Origin: Synechococcus sp.
GTDB taxonomy: Bacteria; Cyanobacteriota; Cyanobacteriia; PCC-6307; Cyanobiaceae
Assembly: GCA_047285805.1 (NCBI GenBank)
Contig: JBJBCN010000002.1
Location: 1,248,001 to 1,312,000 of the forward strand
Direction of reading: 5' to 3'
Length of the DNA: 64,000 nt
Position 1 is the first letter of the stretch. Every line of letters begins with the position of its first letter. A program made the translations under genes and the position numbers. The notes beneath the pieces are model-generated. The model saw nothing but the letters and a program-made list of their open reading frames with translations, made no database searches and had not been told where the DNA came from. Positions 62,852 through 64,000 of this stretch are shown in pieces.

Positions 62852-63561
62852 AGCAGGCCGCCTTCCACCACTAGGCGGGTAATGCCCTGGGCCACCAGGT
62901 AGGAGGAGCGGCGCTGGAGCACGTCGCTATCTGGCACCTTGATCACCCGCTGGCTGCGGCCGCACTGGCGCTTGGCCTGGCGGGGGTTCGTGAAGAGCAT
63001 CAGGGCCTGGCGGGCCTGCTCGGTCTCCGGTAAGGAGCCGAGCTCCGGGAATTCGTTTAGGGGCTTGGCCTGAAGCTCCACGACTTTGTCCACGAGCATG
63101 TAGACGCTGCTGGGCAGCAGGCCGGGGAGCAAGGGGATCGGGTCGATCAGCTCAGCCGCTAATGCCGCGCCAGAGGCGGTCGCATCGGAGCTGTCATCGC
63201 AGTCCTCGAAGTTCTCCTCATCGCCGTCATCGCCGAAGTCATCAGCGTCATCGATCGCCAAAATGCCGGCGTCCTCGCCCGCCTCGTCGTCTGACTGGTC
63301 GACCTCATCGACGATGGGGGCCGCGGCTGGCTCGTCAGCTGGGGGCTCGACCTTCACCTCGATCGGCTTGGCGGCCGAGCGGCTGCGGGATTGCTTTTTG
63401 AGCGTGGCAAGCTCTTCCGGATCGATCCCAGCCTTGAGCACACGGCTCACCGTGTTGGGGCTACAGCCGTAGCTCGCGGCAAGGGCCTGGGCGGTCTCGC
63501 CCTGGCGGTAACGAGCGACCAGCTCCTCTTTTTGGCTTTCGCTCAGCCGTGGAGCGGGCAT
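62830..63561 (-). CDS. N-terminal HTH domain protein with acidic linker
   Basis: RLSESQKEELVARYRQGET...LA..YGCS.NTVSR; YMLVDK.VEL. Confidence 0.8.
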   Translation of the reverse strand: MPAPRLSESQKEELVARYRQGETAQALAASYGCSPNTVSRVLKAGIDPEELATLKKQSRSRSAAKPIEVKVEPPADEPAAAPIVDEVDQSDDEAGEDAGILAIDDADDFGDDGDEENFEDCDDSSDATASGAALAAELIDPIPLLPGLLPSSVYMLVDKVVELQAKPLNEFPELGSLPETEQARQALMLFTNPRQAKRQCGRSQRVIKVPDSDVLQRRSSYLVAQGITRLVVEGGLLYSLPEA

Positions 63562-63629
63562 GACGACATTGATGTCCAGCACACCACAATAGAAGCCTTG
63601 GTTCACCTGGCAAAATGCGTCAGATCCAA

Positions 63630-63703
63630 GCTCCCTTAGCTCAGTTGGATAGAGCAGCTGCCTTCTAAGCAGCCGGTCGTTGGTTCGAATCCAACAGGGG
63701 GCG
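63630..63703 (+). tRNA. tRNA-Arg(TCT)
   Basis: GCTCCCT/AGGGGGC acceptor stem, TAGCTCAGTTGGATAGAGC, GCTGC-CT-TCT-AA-GCAGC, GGTTCGAATCC. Confidence 0.97.
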
Positions 63704-63704
63704 T

Positions 63705-63977
63705 CTAGAGCTCGTATTCCTCTTCAAAACGCGCCATCAGGCCGTTGTAGAGGGCGAGGGTGCCTTCGGTTTCGTCGCAGAAGCCCTTGACGCGATACGT
63801 CCCAATCAGATGGGTCAAGGAGGCGTGCACCTGGGCAAACGCCTGGGCAAATTCATTCTGAATATCTTCGTCGCGGATGTCGCGGATCTTGGCTGTCATC
63901 AGCTCAACCTTTCGCTGAGCGACGACCATCTCCGCCTCCATCTCCTTGTTGAGTTTCCGGCGCTTGGCAGCCATCAA
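63705..63977 (-). CDS. Conserved hypothetical protein
   Basis: 90-aa helical ORF with host-like codon usage. Confidence 0.7.
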   Translation of the reverse strand: MMAAKRRKLNKEMEAEMVVAQRKVELMTAKIRDIRDEDIQNEFAQAFAQVHASLTHLIGTYRVKGFCDETEGTLALYNGLMARFEEEYEL

Positions 63978-64000
63978 TCCCGCTCTTATTGAGCCCCACA

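Noticed and set aside
63630..63703. Integration at tRNA-Arg
   Set aside because: No integrase, repeat or composition shift next to it within the window.

Overview
High-GC picocyanobacterial (Synechococcus/Cyanobium-type) chromosome segment. Core genes (hemW, clpR/clpP, ilvC, cobD, glyQ, menG, hisF, chlG, rsmB, trmH, lepA, serS, mqo, rseP, rpsN, pnp, cysQ, rsmI, tRNA-Ser, tRNA-Arg) surround two AT-richer integrative islands. Island 1 (about 7609-18072) sits at the 3' end of tRNA-Ser(CGA), with a 13-bp direct repeat, an intact tyrosine integrase and two AlpA genes. It carries a type IV chromatic acclimation module (fciA-fciB, a phycobilin lyase with MpeW-type residues, unk10). Three things there are not in the ORF track: a decayed MpeU/CpeF-family lyase gene abutting fciA, a 59-aa ribbon-helix-helix (FciC-like) ORF behind unk10, and a recurring 17-bp motif CTGATAAGAnnTGGAyA with AraC-like 21-bp spacing, a candidate FciA/FciB operator. 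Island 2 (about 20407-34943) appears inserted into the first codons of glyQ. Its integrase has two nonsense codons and the displaced native glyQ start now reads GTG-TAA, so the island looks locked in. Its cargo includes a CobW-like/metallophosphoesterase operon with a Zur/Fur-like box and a low-GC metY-metA pair. comEC is fragmented, and a type I secretion locus is flanked by a leaderless pilin and a decayed putative cargo gene. All calls come from reading the sequence and recalled family motifs; no searches were run and GC statements are by eye.
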